64,000 nucleotides of DNA from Chiloscyllium plagiosum (Eukaryota). The DNA lies in contig NC_057719.1 in the NCBI RefSeq assembly GCF_004010195.1, positions 95,634,094-95,698,093 of the forward strand, written 5' to 3'. Below, piece by piece: positions 47,743 through 62,387 of this stretch. The position numbers and the translations under genes are program-made. Under the pieces are notes generated by a model. The model made no database searches, was not told the DNA's origin, and saw only the letters and a program-made list of their open reading frames with translations. Position 1 is the first letter of the stretch, and every line of letters starts with the position of its first letter.

Positions 47743-49384
47743 CTAAGTGTTTTAAGCACAAATAAGGACAATTCTGAGGGTATGAAAGCAAAGATAGCTA
47801 AATTAACTGGCACATTAGATTAAGGAATGGGTCAATAAAAGTGTCCTGACACCCATTTAAGCGGATGATTTAGAATACATAGAATAGATACATCATAACA
47901 AGGAAAAGAAATTCTAAGATGTGATCCCACCATGCATGGCTAACTAACAAACTTTAATAATACACTGAAGGGAAAAGCAAATGATTCGATAAAGACAGGT
48001 GGCAGGTCAAAAGATTGGGCAGAGTATAGAGAACAGCAAAGAAACATTAATAAACAAGAAGGAAGTGGGAACGGAGATCTGGTCAAAGCTGTCCCATTTA
48101 GTGTGGAGGTAGCACTATACAATCTGAAATGGACATCTTCAACAGAACTTGCCCCAAAGATTTCATGTTGGCCATTCCTCTCAATTCTATCATGGACAGA
48201 AGCATCTGCTACAGGTAGAAAGAAGAATGAAGCAATACATTGTTTAACAAAACATGCAGCTGGGAATCTAAATGGTAATTACTGAGTCTTACTGTTTTTA
48301 CTTAAGAACTTCAGACTGTGTCACATTTTGGAATTGCTGCAATCTGTTTGGTGAAGCTTGTTGTTTGATACAGAATTCCAGGATTTTGGCACAGCGATAC
48401 TGAATGAACAATCGCCTATTTCCCAGTCAAGGATGTTCCACTGCCTTACGTTCCATTGTTCCCTCAGCAGGAGAGGTAGGTATTTTTTGGTGGCATTGAT
48501 GAAGCAACCTTGGTTAGCTGCTGCTGCTGCTGTTGAGGTACGACAGTGTGTTTGTGTGTGTGTGTGTTGTAGATGGCACATGCTGCTGCAACTAGAGATG
48601 GAGTGAATATTTCAGGTTGTGCCAATCAAGCAGGTTATTTTGTCCTGGATGAGCAACTTGAAAGTTATTGGTAAAACATTCTGTTTTGAGTTGTTGTTCC
48701 CAGACTATAGTAATTTTCCACACTTTAATTACCAAATATATAGATACAGTGAGGACAAAAATCTTCCATCAAAATGTTGTTATTTTAATAGTTTGGATGC
48801 AATTAACATGTAATGCCAGAAAGCATTTTAAGATCATGTCAAGTTGTACTGTGTTCATGACCAACATAAGTGACTGGTGTTATTTCTAACACACATGAAT
48901 TTTAACAAAAATACTCAGTGTATTGCCCTGATCATTTTTTCAGCATTTTTGTTGAGATATTAAACTTTTAAAGTACAAAACTTAAAGCATTCACGAAAAT
49001 TGCACAGGAAGGAATTTCAAACCAATTGGCAAGAAACTTGAAGCTGCTGTGGAATTGTTCGGAAGATTTTAGCCCTCAGTATTTCCTTTCCTGTGATAGC
49101 AAGACCATACCATAAGCTATTCAAAGTCAAATCCAACAACATATTGACTCATAAAATAGAGAGCATTGTCAAATAATTTTTATAGCTTCTTAAAAATAGT
49201 CTGTTTGAACCATACTGTAATTATATCCTTTTATTATCAGTGCTGTAATATATAAAAGCAATTCCTTGCCTATAATGGCCTAAAAACTGCAAAAGAGCAG
49301 CCTGTCACTCTGCTCCTGTTTTCTTACTTTCCAACGGTGCTGTACATTTCAGACCTGGCCTCTTCAGAAACGGGTAGCATCCCT

Positions 49385-49700
49385 CATTGGGGATGGGTGT
49401 CACTGACTGGGCCAGCATTTATTCTCCAATCATTATTGCCCAGGGAGCAGTTAAGAGTCAATCACACTGCTGTGGGTCTGAAGTCACATGTAGGCCAGAT
49501 CAGGTAAGGATAAGCAATTTCTCACCCTATACTGGGGTTTTTACAACAATTGACAGGGCTTGCTTGATCCCCTTAGACTATATTTTTAATCCAGACTTCT
49601 ACAGAATTCAAATTTTGCCATCTACCATGGTGGGATTCAAACCCTTGTCCCCAGAATTTTAATTTGGAGTTCTGGATTACCAGTCCAGTGACAGTAATGA
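49385..49700 (-). mobile_element. tRNA-derived SINE, second family
   Basis: Collinear with 2245-2575. Confidence 0.65.
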
Positions 49701-52700
49701 GTGAAGGCAGGATGGTAGCAGGATCCCCACCATCCACCTTCCAGCCCATTTAAATGTATCACCCTCCCACCAAACCTGTCATGGGGAGAATACAAGAGAC
49801 TGACCCACGATTCCATGATTACAAGATGGTATCTTTATTAATGAGCTGTGGATCCTAGTCATATTCACTCACTATAACTGAAGCTTGGACCACCAATAAG
49901 AAAATTCTATCTTTTACAATCAAAAGATGAACATTTGTTCTATTGACTGATCTGGAATTTATTTTGTGGGTTGACATCATTCCAATGGGAATCTGAATAT
50001 CCAAGACAATTTTCACTTCAAATGCTCTTTCAAAATCAATTAGGATAATTTTGAAAACGATAAATGTATGAAGTTCTGAACATACAGAGACAGTAAAGCA
50101 AGTAAAAAGAAATCGACATCTTTGCAATATCTGTTCCTCAATGCAGCAAGACTTGTACAAAACTCCTGATGACCAGCATCATATTATATCAGGCAATTAT
50201 CAAGGTGTCCATGATAGGAATAGAGAAATATTGAAATTGCTTCTGTGCAAGAAAAGGCCATTCATCCCATTGAGTCTGGTCTTCCATTCAAGATAATCTT
50301 GGCTAACAAGATAATCTCAAAGCTACACACCCACACTCTCCCCATACCCAGCTTTACTCTCTCATTCTATTTTTACGTTCTTAACCAACCTCTTGGTTGT
50401 TCTTTGTTGAATCCTAAACTGTTCCCCTATGGCCCCCAGGACTAATCAGTAGTACCTCCATTCCCCCACCTCCAGCCATCCTCTTTAAAACCTCACCCCA
50501 TCTCTCGGAGCCATGTTAGCATTCTTATCCAGGATCCTTGAAAGGTTGGGACTGTCTTGAGTCACAGCAGTTATCACTGCTTCCAGCGGCTGATCATTGA
50601 CCGAAAGCTCTCTAAGGTAGGGGCTTCTTTTGAAATTGGGACAGAGATAAATTAACACTGCTCCTGTGAGTGGGCTCCCCTGGCTTTCTCGCTATGAGAA
50701 GGGGGACTGCTGCTTCATGTAACTCCAGGCTAGAAAGTCAGAGAAGACCATTTGGTCCACCATCTCTGTTGATCACGAAAAAGCTTTTGAGCCTAATTCA
50801 ACTTTACAGATCTCTGGTCTATAGTCCTGCGGCAGACAGTATTCAAAGTATATCATTTAGATGTGATATGGGTTTCTGCTTCTACCAGCCTTTCAGGCAG
50901 TGTGTTTCATCAATGGTCATCATTGTATTCAACCTTACCAGTCTCCTCACCCTCCAAATCCTCTTGCTGAGGTACTCACCTTCAAGCACATAAACCACAC
51001 ACTTCAATTTCCATAACATTTTTGCTCTTACCTCAACTCATCTGTTTCTGAAATTCTAACCCAAAAATGTATGATAGTATTCTCCAAATCAGTCTCATTA
51101 TCCATCCCCTATAGACTTCAGATCATCCAAAACACTACTTCCTGCACCCAACTCAAAACCAAGCTCTACTCACCTGAGACACAGCCTCTTGCTAACCTTA
51201 CTTTGGAACTGATGTTTCTAATTCAAGTTTTCACTCTTTTGTCATGTGGTTTTTTCGGCAATGCCTGAGTTTTGGCTCAAGACTGATTGATCACAAAAAA
51301 GGGAATATCAAGAACTCTCTTCAAACTTATGCTTTTGTAAAACCAATACATGATTTCCCTCCTCCACACTGAATGTGGTGACTCACACATGATAAGGTTC
51401 CATAATATTCCTTGGAACTTGGTTGTCTTTCACTTTTGGCCTAAACAGTGTACGTTATATAAGATTTGCAGTCTGAGGAATATCATCATTAAGAATAACC
51501 TCACAGTCACTTTCCATCAGAGGCCACTAACTAATTACTAGCAGAGAGAGCACTTAGCACTGAGATGTTAAAACCAATGAGTGCCCTTATAGTCCGTCTA
51601 GCTCAGGTCAGCTAATTTGCTACAGATTAGGAAGTGAGCCTGCAGCTGTCCTGACTTCAATGACTTAATGGAACACAACACTGTACAGTTACTACTGACC
51701 CTTTGGAATTGAGGGTCATTTTTGCAATTCTTAAAAATGTAAAAACATAATCATTTCAACTATACAATCACATAACAGCAGATTCTTAATTCAAATTAAT
51801 GTTAACAAGTTCCTTTCTGTTCCTGACATATCACGTACTGCTGTAGTTATTTATAACTGTTTATATACAAGACTGGTTACATAAAATCTTAACAAGTTAA
51901 GCTTTTTTTTTGTTGCATGTGTTTCGCAAAAATATTTCAGAATTTTGAATCTCAATTCTAAAGCCAGGACATCTAAAATCTTCACTATTTCTAAACTTTC
52001 CCTTCCAACAATGTCAGTATGACATGTCTGCATGATATTTTGGCTCTTAACAAACCTGCACAGCAAAACTACAGATCAAATGGCTGCAGTTTGATTTGTA
52101 AATATAGTGTTTCTCATTGCTATAGGTATATTATCTGCAATAAGGAAATATATCACTTGTGTTGTGGTTCACAAGTTATTAAATAATCTTTACTGTAAAC
52201 CTTGTGGGGAGAAAAACACAATATCCTTGTGAGCTTCATAAAGTTGTGGCACTTGTTCATTTACCACACATCAACCTTAACGCAAAACGTTAGGTCTTGA
52301 ACTTAACATTGCAAGCACTTTATGAATAAAGCGCTTCAATTTATTCAGTACAGAGAGTAAATGATTTAAAGTGCAGCCTCATTCCTGCAGACAGTTAATT
52401 GTTGGGGATTTACAGAACTTAAAATTTAACTTCTTAAAATGTTTTCCTTTGCTTTCTTTTCTGTCTCCTTTCCTTCTTTTTCTCTTTTTTGGATCTTTGT
52501 CAGTACTTTGCCACATTTTACTTCTCATCTTTCTTTGGTCTTTCACAATCCTAAGATCTCATTGGTTAATGAGCAACTTTGCTGTTCCCATCATTTATTC
52601 ATCTTTCTGATGCTCTATTACTCTTTCCTTATCTTCATCAACTCACAGTTCTAGCAATTCAAAGCCAAACATGGTTTAAGCTGAAAAATGAAGAGGAAAA

Positions 52701-52787
52701 TCTTACTGACTGGCAAGACATATGACATCTGACCGCAGCAGAATTTGGACTATTTACAAAAGGCATTAGATACAAAAGAACAAAAAA

Positions 52788-53113
52788 GGGGCAGCATGGT
52801 GGCTCAGTGGTTAGCACTGCTGTCTCTCAGCACCAGGACCAGGGTTCAATTCCAATCTCAGGCAACTGCCGGTGTGGAGTTTGCACGTTCTCCCTGTGTC
52901 TCCTCCGGGTGCTCTGGTTTCCTCCCACAGTCCAAAGATATGCAGGTTAGGGGGATTGGCCATGCTAAATTGCTAGGTGAGATAGCCATGGGAAACATAG
53001 CTGTACATGGATAGATGGAGAGAGGTGGGTCTGGGTAGGAGGCTCCTCTTCAGAGGATCTTTGTGGACTCAATGGGCTGAATGGCTTGTTTCCACACAGT
53101 AGGAATTCTATGA
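52788..53113 (+). mobile_element. HE1/V-SINE-like SINE
   Basis: ggcagcatggtggctcagtggttagcactgctg head, V-core and tail. Confidence 0.85.
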
Positions 53114-56023
53114 TACGGCAAAAGGTTATGACAAAAGATAACAGCTCATGGTGCTGGAAATTTGCATGAACACAGAATTGGCTACTAACAAAAACCAGGG
53201 AGTGGAAATAATTTAATACTTTTGCTGTCAGTAAATCGTAGGCACTGAGGTGCCGTGCTGGGTCCTCAATTATTGACAATCCATTTTAATAACAATATTA
53301 AAGGAATCCAGTATTGGAGTCAAATTTGCTGATGACGGGAGAATTTCAAGCTTTCTTATTGAAATATAATAATATTCCTAGGTAGCTTGGTTGGATAGAT
53401 ATTGAGAGGGGGATTCAGAACTCAAAACCACAGTTTCAGAAGAGAGGATGATCCAAGAAGGAAATGGATTATCTCTTTTCTCAGGAGGACATTGTCCTTA
53501 AAGTTCTTTAGTTCAGACAGCTGCAGCAACTGAGCCATTAAAGACATCTGAGCTTAAAATAGATTTTAGATTGAAAGAAGAGTCAATAGGTCAGGCAAAT
53601 AGGCAGGAGAGTAGCTTTCAGACCACAATACCTTTGAACTTATTCAAGCAAATCCATAAACTGATTGAGCAGTGGAACAGGCCAGAGGCCATGTAGCCAA
53701 CTCCTGTTCATATTTCTTATGTTCATGTTATTAAAATCTTGCAAAATTACACACTTTCCCTTGGAAACAAAGGATTTCTGCAGAAATACTGAATGGATCC
53801 AACATTTCTAAAAGGAAGAGGGTTGATTCAATCTTCATGCTTGCTTAGATATTTGAAGGGAATAGCTTAAGCTGGAATTTCTATTCTATTAATGACGTCA
53901 CAGATATTTTTGAATCAGAGATGTTATCATACATCGCTGAAGTGGGTGGGATCTGAAACCAGATTGCCTGACTCAGAGGTAGGGACATTACCCCTGCACC
54001 AACATATTACAATGTTGTAAATTTGAGTTGGCTTAGCAGATAATATTCCAGTCAGGGTAATGATGACAGGAAGTGAATTAATAGAAGTATTAGCGCAGAG
54101 AGGCTTTGAGGCATCCATTACAATTAGAAGTTTATGTAAGGTGAAATTAACATTTTAAACAGTGAATGGCAGTTTTCTGTTAGATTTTGGATGAACCGCT
54201 GAGATCTGTTGCTTGTGAGAAAGCCTTAGTTTGGAACCATGCATGTTCATGTTTGGAATGTGGCAGTACTTTCTGGAATTGGGCATTTCACATCTTCTGG
54301 AATATTCAGTGAGATAGCTGCACTTTGGAAGCTTTTCCAACTCCTGATTGCAGAGTGGAGGGACAAACCATGGAAAAGAGTCATGATGAGTAAAAACAAA
54401 GGTCAGCAAAATGGAATCTGCCCCTTTAGAGTTCGTTGTGAAATATTGTGGCTTGTGTTTCGTCTGTGTTTAATAATGCGAGTAATGGCAATGTAATGAT
54501 TGGAAAAGGTAGGTGACCAGCATATCATGTGGTTGCTGTGCTATTCTGAATGAGATCCTGACCTCCTGGGACAGTTTTCCTGTATCAGCCTTGTGGAGAC
54601 TATATTCACAGTCATTGTGGCTGGTCCTGCTCCAATCCTGGTCAGTCATGCAAGTGTTATTTATAAACTGTGTTGCGTGATGTCTCTACCTGTCCAGCTG
54701 CTCTGTGCAAATTAACATGTCAGATGGATCAGGAAGCCAGGAGGGAGCAGGGGTGAACAGTGATATGCTCGCACTGAATCAGGTCAGAGTCTTGGAGTGG
54801 TTGGAGCAATGGTAGGGAGTTGTTGTTTGGGGTGAGACAGGAATTTGGGGAAAGCGGGTGGATGATGGAAATGTCAGGGGGCATGGGAAGGGAAGTTTGG
54901 ATGGTTATGAGCCAGGGAAGACCAGACAGTTGATCAGAGGATTAGGGAAGGTTGGAGGTGAATTAGGGTTCAGGAGATGAAAACGGGAGTCAGTGAGGTG
55001 AGATGGAGGGCCAGGGGTAAGTTACAGGGTTGTGTGATGGGGCAGGGAGGGGTTTGGTCAGAGTATCGGTGAGGAGTCAGGCAGCTCAAGGATGTGTGTT
55101 GGGGTTTGGAGCAAGATTCTGGATTTCAAAGGAGCCAAATGTATAGCAACACAGGAATTATCCCTGATTTTCATCAGTCTAACATTTCCAGAGTAACAGT
55201 CAAGAAAATGCCTTGGAATTCAGGGTCAATAATGTTTTTTTAGGGCAGGAGAACTGCCTCTTCTATCTTCCTGGGCCATTTTCACGGAGACAGTGAATTG
55301 GCTCTTGACATGTACCTTGTATCAAATGTTCACTTTCCAGCATCACCAAGGCTGGAGCATTCGGACCATTCTGTTGCTGAATTCCGCATTTCCGAATCTG
55401 GAAACTTGAATGACTCAATGTGTTTAATATTTATAAATTGCACAGTATGTTGATAAAATGTTGAATCACGTGTATTTTCCTCACTTAGCACTTTCAGTGT
55501 CTTTCAGTTTTGTGAAACATTGGGAACTGACAATTGATCCATGAATGCAGATAGAGGATGATAAAATACTGATTCGGAATCCATTGTTTTAGCATTTCAG
55601 CTTCTGTTGATATGGAGCCTACAAAATTGCATGAGTGATACACAACACTCCTTTCGGAAGAAATCATGACAGTTCAGTCAGCAACAATCAATGGCTGCTG
55701 ACAGCAGTAACTGAGCAAATAGATATTGGGTAATTAATAGTGAGAGAAAATCAGCCACTTTTCTTCTTACTTGGCAGTCATGTACTGAGAGTGATATCTT
55801 TAGTCCATCTTAACTCAGATCATTTTGAAGCATGGCATGCCATTGAAAGTGTGATTCTCTTTAGAATTGAATAGAGCTCAGGCACTGGTGTGAATGCATT
55901 GTTTGTCGATACTGAAATGAACATCTAGTGAATCTTTCTGAAGGAGGAGGCTCCACAAACATCACCATCTTCAATAATGGAGAAGTCTAACACATCACTG
56001 CAACAGATAAGGCTTTACAAAGA

Positions 56024-56603
56024 GAACATAGAACATAGACATAGAACAGTACCACTCAGCATATGCCCTTCGGCCCACTATGTTGTGCCAAGCATTTATC
56101 TTAATCTAAGATCAACCTAACCTACACACCCCTCAACTTACTGCCATCCATGTGCTTGTCCAGCAGTTGCTTAAATGTCCTGAATCTCTCTGACTCTACT
56201 ACCACTGCCGGCAGTGCATTCCACACACCCACCACTCTCTGTGTAAAGAACCTACCTCTGATATTTCCCATACATTTTCCTCCAATCACCTTAAAATTAT
56301 GACCTCTCGTAACAGCCATTTCTGCCCTGGGGAAAAGTCTCTGGCTATCTACTCTATCTAGGCCTCTCATTACCTTGTACACCTCTGTCAAGTCACCTCT
56401 CTTCCTTCTCTCCAGTATGAAAAGCCCTAGCTCACTCAACCTCTTTTCATAAGACATGCCTTCCAGTCCAGGCACCCTCTGTAAAGCATCTACATCCCTC
56501 CTATAATGAGGTGACCAGAAATGGACACAATATTCCAAGTGTGGTCTAACCAGGGTTTTATAGAGCAGCAGCAAAACCTCATAGCTCTTAAACTCAATCC
56601 CCC
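56024..56603 (-). mobile_element. CR1 LINE 3' fragment
   Basis: LLLYKTLVRPHLEYCVHFWSPHYRRDV...RGDLTEVYKVMRGLD...FFTQRVVGVWNALP, with (gaacata)n tail. Confidence 0.88.
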
Positions 56604-56604
56604 G

Positions 56605-57850
56605 ATGCTGAGTGGATGATCCATCTGGCCTCTCCTGGGGGTCCCCAGCACCAAAGGTGCCAATTTTCAGCCAAATCGATACAGTCCGTACAATATCAAG
56701 AAAGTGCTGAAGATACTAGATAGGACAAAGGCTCTGGGCCAGGATATCCTTTTGGCTATACACTTGTGCTGCAGAACTTGTTTCACTCCTAGATGTAGTG
56801 ATTGGAACGAGGTCAATCAGGTGGGCTTTATAGAATAGGAGTTCTCTGATTGGGACTGTTAATCTGGTCCAATCAGGGAGCCTTGGCTGACAGATAAAAA
56901 CAAGAGTATCGGACATTGTTTGCCCTGATAGCTGACTCTGCAGGAGCTGGATCAGTGTCAAGGACTCTCCCCATGTAAATAAAGGTGACAGGATACCCGG
57001 TCTTCCTGGAGTTATTTCACTAGCCAAGGGGTTCAGGTACAGCTACAACATGGGTCACTGCTCAAAAATGTAGAAAAGTGCTCAGGTATGTTCTGCACAC
57101 ACAAAAAAGGACAATTCCAACCCAACTAATTAGCACTCCAATTAGTAAAGTGATGGAAGTGTTATTAAAAATAATTTTCCTATCAATAAACTGGAAATGA
57201 ATCTGGAAAACTAGCTTAATGATGACGAGCTTAATGACCTCTCAGCTGCTGTCAATTATTGTAAAAACCCATCTGGTTAATTAAGGTCTTTGAAGGAAGG
57301 CCATCATTAACTGGCCTTGCCTACATATGATTCCAGACCCAAAGAAGTGACAAACAAATTGCCCCTGGGAAATTAGCGATGGCAATAAGTGCTGACCTAG
57401 TCAGTGAAGTTCACATCCCACAAACAAATAAAAGAAAAAGAATCTGCTCAGTTTGGGTTCTGCCACGACCACTCAGCTCCTGACTTCATTACAGTCTCAA
57501 TCCAAACATGTACAAAAGAGCTGAATATCCCAGAGATGAGGTGAGAATGACATCCTTTGACATCATGGTGACATTCGACGGAGTGTGGCATTAAGGAGCC
57601 CGAGCAAAATGGGAATCAATGAGAATCGGGGCAAACTCTCTGGTTGGAGTCTTGTCTGGTGTATAGGAGGCTAGTTGTTGGAGGTCAGCCATCCTAGCTC
57701 CAGGACATCTCTGCAGGAGTTCCTCAGGGTATTATCCTAAGCCCAATTATCTTTAGCTGCCTCATTAATGACCTTGCCTTCAGTATAAAGTCAGGAGTGG
57801 GGATGTGTGCAAGCTTTGGTGAAATGTTCAGCACTGTTTGAGACTCCTCA
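56605..57850 (+). mobile_element. Degraded LINE RT fragment interrupted by a solo LTR and a SINE piece
   Basis: Homologous to 10367-10640. Later pieces read DI..TFDGVWH and AGVPQGIILSPIIFSCLINDL. Confidence 0.6.
56794..57019 (+). mobile_element. Solo LTR (226 bp)
   Basis: TG...CA termini, CCAAT, TATA-like gataaaaa and AATAAA. Flanks ctaga/ctagc form a near 5-bp TSD that interrupts a LINE. Confidence 0.65.
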
Positions 57851-57959
57851 GAAACTAAATCACTCAGAATGAGATGGAATATAGTTCATGGGCCAAATGA
57901 TCTCTTTCTGTGTTGTAGCCATTCTGATTTGATGAGGACTACTGTAGTCACCCAGAGTG

Positions 57960-58610
57960 GCCAGAATAGCTCTTCCTGTATCCCATAATCCATTACCCAC
58001 TGCAGTAATCCAGGGCTGGTCTAAATAGTGCCTTGTATAGTTTTATGGAAACTTTCTCTATATTTATACTTAATTCCCTTTGAAATAAAGGCCAACATTC
58101 AATTTACCTTCCCTACTACCTATTGATTGTATATGCTAGATTTTTTAATGATTTCTGCAGTCATTTTCCTTTTAAATAATATTCAGCTTCTCTATTCTTC
58201 CTGCAAAAGTGCATAATTTCACAATTTCCCATATTATATGTTTTCTGCCTAATTTTGCCCACTTATTTAATCTGACTATATGCCTCTGCAGATTCTTTGC
58301 ATTAACTTTATCTCTTGCTCTCCCACTACTTTTTGTAAAGTTGGCCTGAGTGCATTCACTTCCCTTATCCAAGTCATTCATGCCTATTTTAAATAATTGT
58401 GGTCCCAGCATTGATTCCTGTGCCATTTCACTAGTTACATGTTGCCATCCTGAAAATGGCTCCCTTATCCCAACTCTCTGTCTTGTATTAGTTAGCCAGA
58501 CATCTATCCATGTTAATAACACCATGGTCTCTTATATTATCAAGTTGTCTAATGTATGGCACCTTACCAAATAGCTTTCAGAAATCCTAATATATTGTAT
58601 CTACTGCTTC
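57960..58610 (-). mobile_element. Old CR1 RT fragment
   Basis: WIDVWLTNTRQRVGI..FSGWQHVTS..QESMLGPQLF...NDLD. Confidence 0.75.
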
Positions 58611-59329
58611 CATACATACTTAACATACCTTTAAGAGAAATGGCCATGAAATCTTTACTGTATTATAAGATATGACTTAAGGGTATAAAGGTTGCATGCT
58701 TTATCTTAATTTCGATCACTTAAAGGATGACATGTTAATAACTGTAATTGAGTAGCTTAATTTGAGGCCAGACACTCTGTCTGTGAATGTGTGTGAATGT
58801 ATACGCGTGTGTGTATATATAATTGAGTTGTGATAAATATCTGTTGGGTTATTCAACACCACATTGTCTAGACCTAGTTTCTCTTGCTATGATAGACAAC
58901 AGAATCATTACTGCATAAAACAAACATTCTCTGCTTCAGGAAAAAGAAAATCACGGCTAAAAAAAAGTCAGTACATCTCATTGGCTAGTACATAAAGATG
59001 GATAGAAAGGCAGAATATATTGCCACTGTCATCATTAACAGTACCATACCTGCATCTTACCATTGGAAACATTGTCATAATTATCATTTTAATTCACTTA
59101 GATCATTGTTTTTCTATTTTTAAATAAGATTGTATAGTTTAGTTCCAGGGACATTGAAATTTCTCATTATCTACTGAAAGATTAGAATGTTAAAAATAAT
59201 TGACAACGGGCATCCATAGTGTGATGTATTTTATTCCAATGTGCTTACAGCTTATTGCAGGTTACATCAGTTCTGTTTATGCTGTAACATAGGGTCACTA
59301 TAATTTTTATCAAAGTGAGTAACAGATAT

Positions 59330-62300
59330 TAAGTATACCTGGTGTTAATAGATAAGTCTGTGGAACGATCTGGATTTAGTTCACAATGTTGGTTCTGATT
59401 GCTATTTCCTGGGTCACGAGATTGAAAGAAGCAAAAATGGCCTTCAGTGGAGTGATATGGTCTTCTTGTCGGATGTGAGAGTATAGGGAAAGTTTCCATG
59501 TAATTGAGGATTATATCTGCAATAAATGTCATTAGTTGCAAATCCTATCAGATTGAATGGATCGGTTGGAGAGACAGTTAGAGGCAAGAGGAATTTACAG
59601 GAGCAAGAGGGTGTGATGGATGGGAGGGAGGGAGCAAAGTGTGATGGATGGCAGTGAGGGAGAAAAGCTGCAGAAATAGTCACATAGAGGGTTAACTCCA
59701 GGAAAGGTAGGTGAAAGAGTCTTCTGTGACTATCCCCATTTCAAACAAGTATGCTGTTTTGGAAAATGTAGGGGGTGATGGATTCTTGGGGGAATATAGT
59801 ATGAACAGCCAGGTTTCTGGTATTGAGACTGGCTCTAATGCAATGAGGATATGTCAAATTCCAAGAGATTGATTAATTGAGTTAGGGGACTCTCTAGTCC
59901 GAAGCACAGGCAAATGTTTCTGTGGCCAGCAGCAAACAATCAGAATGGTGTGTTGCCTCCCTGGTGCCAGGATCAAGGACATCTCAGAGACGGGGCAGAA
60001 TGTTCTCACGGGGGAGAGGAGCAAACAGGAGGTCATTGTACACATTGGAACCAATGACATAGGAAGGGAAAATGTTGGGATTCTGAAAGTTAGGCAGAAA
60101 TTTAAAAAGGATGTCCTCGAGAATAGTAATATCTGGATTACTCCCGGTGCTACGAGCTAGTGAGGATAGGAACAGGAGGATAGAGCAGATGAATGCATGG
60201 CTGAGGAGCTGGTGTATGGGAGAAGGATTCACAATTTTGGATCATTGGAATCTCTTCTGAGGTAGAAGTGACCTGTACAAGAAGGACAGACTGCACCTAA
60301 ATTGGAGGGGGACTAATATACCGGCAGGGAGATTTGCTAGATATACTCCAGATGTTTTAAACTATTAAGGACAGGGAGGTGTGATCAGGGAGATAGTGAG
60401 GAAAGAGATCAATCTGAGACTGGTACAGTTGAGAAAAGAAGCGAGTCAAACAGTCAGGGCAGGCAGGGACAAAGCAGAGAATAAGGTAGAACTGATCAAT
60501 TAAACTGCATTTACATTAATGCTAGATGCCTAACAGGGAAGGCAGATGAACTCAGGGCATGGTTAGGAACATGGGACTGGGATATAGGGTTTAGATGGAG
60601 AGGAATTTGTTAAGTGTGTACAAAAAAATTGTCTGATTCATTATGTGGATGTACGTAATAGAGATGATGCAAAACTTGACCTACTCTTGGGAAATAAGGC
60701 AGGGCAGGTGACTGAGGTGTCAGTGGGGGAGCACTTTGGGGCCAGCGACCATAATTCTATTAGATTTAAAATAGTGATGGAAAATGATAGACTAGATCTA
60801 AAAGTTGAAGTTCTAATTTGGAGACAGGCCAATTTTGACGGTATTAGGCAAGAACTTTCAAAAGCTGATTGGAGGCAGATGTTCGCAGGTAAAGGCTGGA
60901 AAATGGGAAGCCTTCAGAAATGAGACAACGAGAATCCAGAGAAAGTATATTCCTGTCAGGGTGAAAGGGAAGGCTGGTAGGTATAGGGAATGCTGGATGA
61001 CTAAAAGGAATTGAGGGTTTGTTTCAGAATAAGACAGAAATATATGTAAGGTATAGACAGAATAAATCAAATGAATCCTTAGAGTATAAAGGAAGTAGGA
61101 GTATACTTAAGAGGGAAATCAGGAGGGCAAAAAGGGGAAATGAGATAGCTTTGGCAAAGAGGGTTAAGCAGAATCCAAAGGATTTTTGCAAATACATTAA
61201 GGACAAAAGGGTAACTAGGGAGAGAATAGGGCCCCTCAAAGATCAGCAAGGCGGCCTTTGTGTGGGGCCGCAGGAGATGGGGGAGATACTAAACGAGTAT
61301 TTTGTATCAGTGTTTACTGTGGAGAAGGACATCAAAGATGTAGAATGTGGGGAAATAGATGGTGACATCTTGAAAATGCCCATATTACAGAAGAGGAAGT
61401 GCTGGATGCCTTGAAACGGTTAAAGGTGGATAAATCCCCAGGACCTGATCAGGTGTACCCTAGAACTCTGTGGGAAGCTGGAGAAGTGATTGCTGGGCCT
61501 CTTGCTGAGATATTGGCTTCATCAGTAGTCACAGGTAAAGTGGCAGAAGACTGGAGGGTGGCAAACATGATGCCACTGTTTAAGAAAGGTGATAAGGACA
61601 AGCCAGGGAACTATAGACCGATGACCCTGACCTCAGTGGTGGGCAAGTTGTTGGAGGGAATCCTGAGAGACAGGATGGTACATGTATTTGGAAAGGCAAG
61701 GAATGATGAGGGATAGTCAACATGGCTTTGTGTGTGAGAAATCATGTCTCTCAAACTTGATTGAGGTTTTTGAAGAAGTAACAAAGAGGATTGATGAGGG
61801 CAGAACAGTGGGTGTGATCTATATGGACTTCAGTAAGGCATTCGACAAGGTTCCCCATGGGAGACTGGTTAGCAAGGTTAGATCTCACGGAATACAGGGA
61901 CAACTAGCCATTTGGATACAGAACTGGCTCAAAGGTAGAAGACAGAGGGTGGTGGTGGAGGGTTGTTTTTCAGACTGGAGGCCTGTGACCAGTGAGTGCC
62001 ACAAGGATCGGTGCTGGGTCCACTACTTTTCGTCATTTACATAAATGATTTGGATATGAGCATAAGTAAGTAAGCATAGTTAGTAAGTTTGCAGATGACA
62101 CCAAAATTGGAGGTGAAGTGGACAGCGAAGAAGGTTACCTCAGATTACAACAGGATCTTGACCAGATGGGCCAATGGACTGAGAAGTGGCAGATGGAGTT
62201 TAATTTAGATCAATACGAGGTGCTGCATTTTGGGAAAGCAAATCTTAGCAGGACTTATACACTTAATGGTAAGGTTCTAGGGAGTGTTGCTGAACAAAGA

Positions 62301-62387
62301 GACCTTGGAGTGCAGGTTCATAGCTCCTTTAAAGTACAGTCGTAGGTACATGGGGTGGTGAAGAAGGTGTTTGGTATGCTTTCCTTT
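59330..62387 (+). mobile_element. CR1 LINE, ORF1 plus most of ORF2, broken and 3'-interrupted
   Basis: ORF1 zinc finger (SSCRM...YICNKC) and esterase (LGDSLVR, VIVHIGTNDIGR). ORF2 endonuclease (NCIYINAR..TGKADEL, with an internal deletion near 60587) and RT (KSPGPDQVYPR, YMDFSKAFDKVPH, KFADDTK). Confidence 0.9.

Noticed and set aside
49855..50160. 101-aa minus-strand ORF as an exon of another gene
   Set aside because: No recognisable homology, AT-rich composition, no supporting exon chain.
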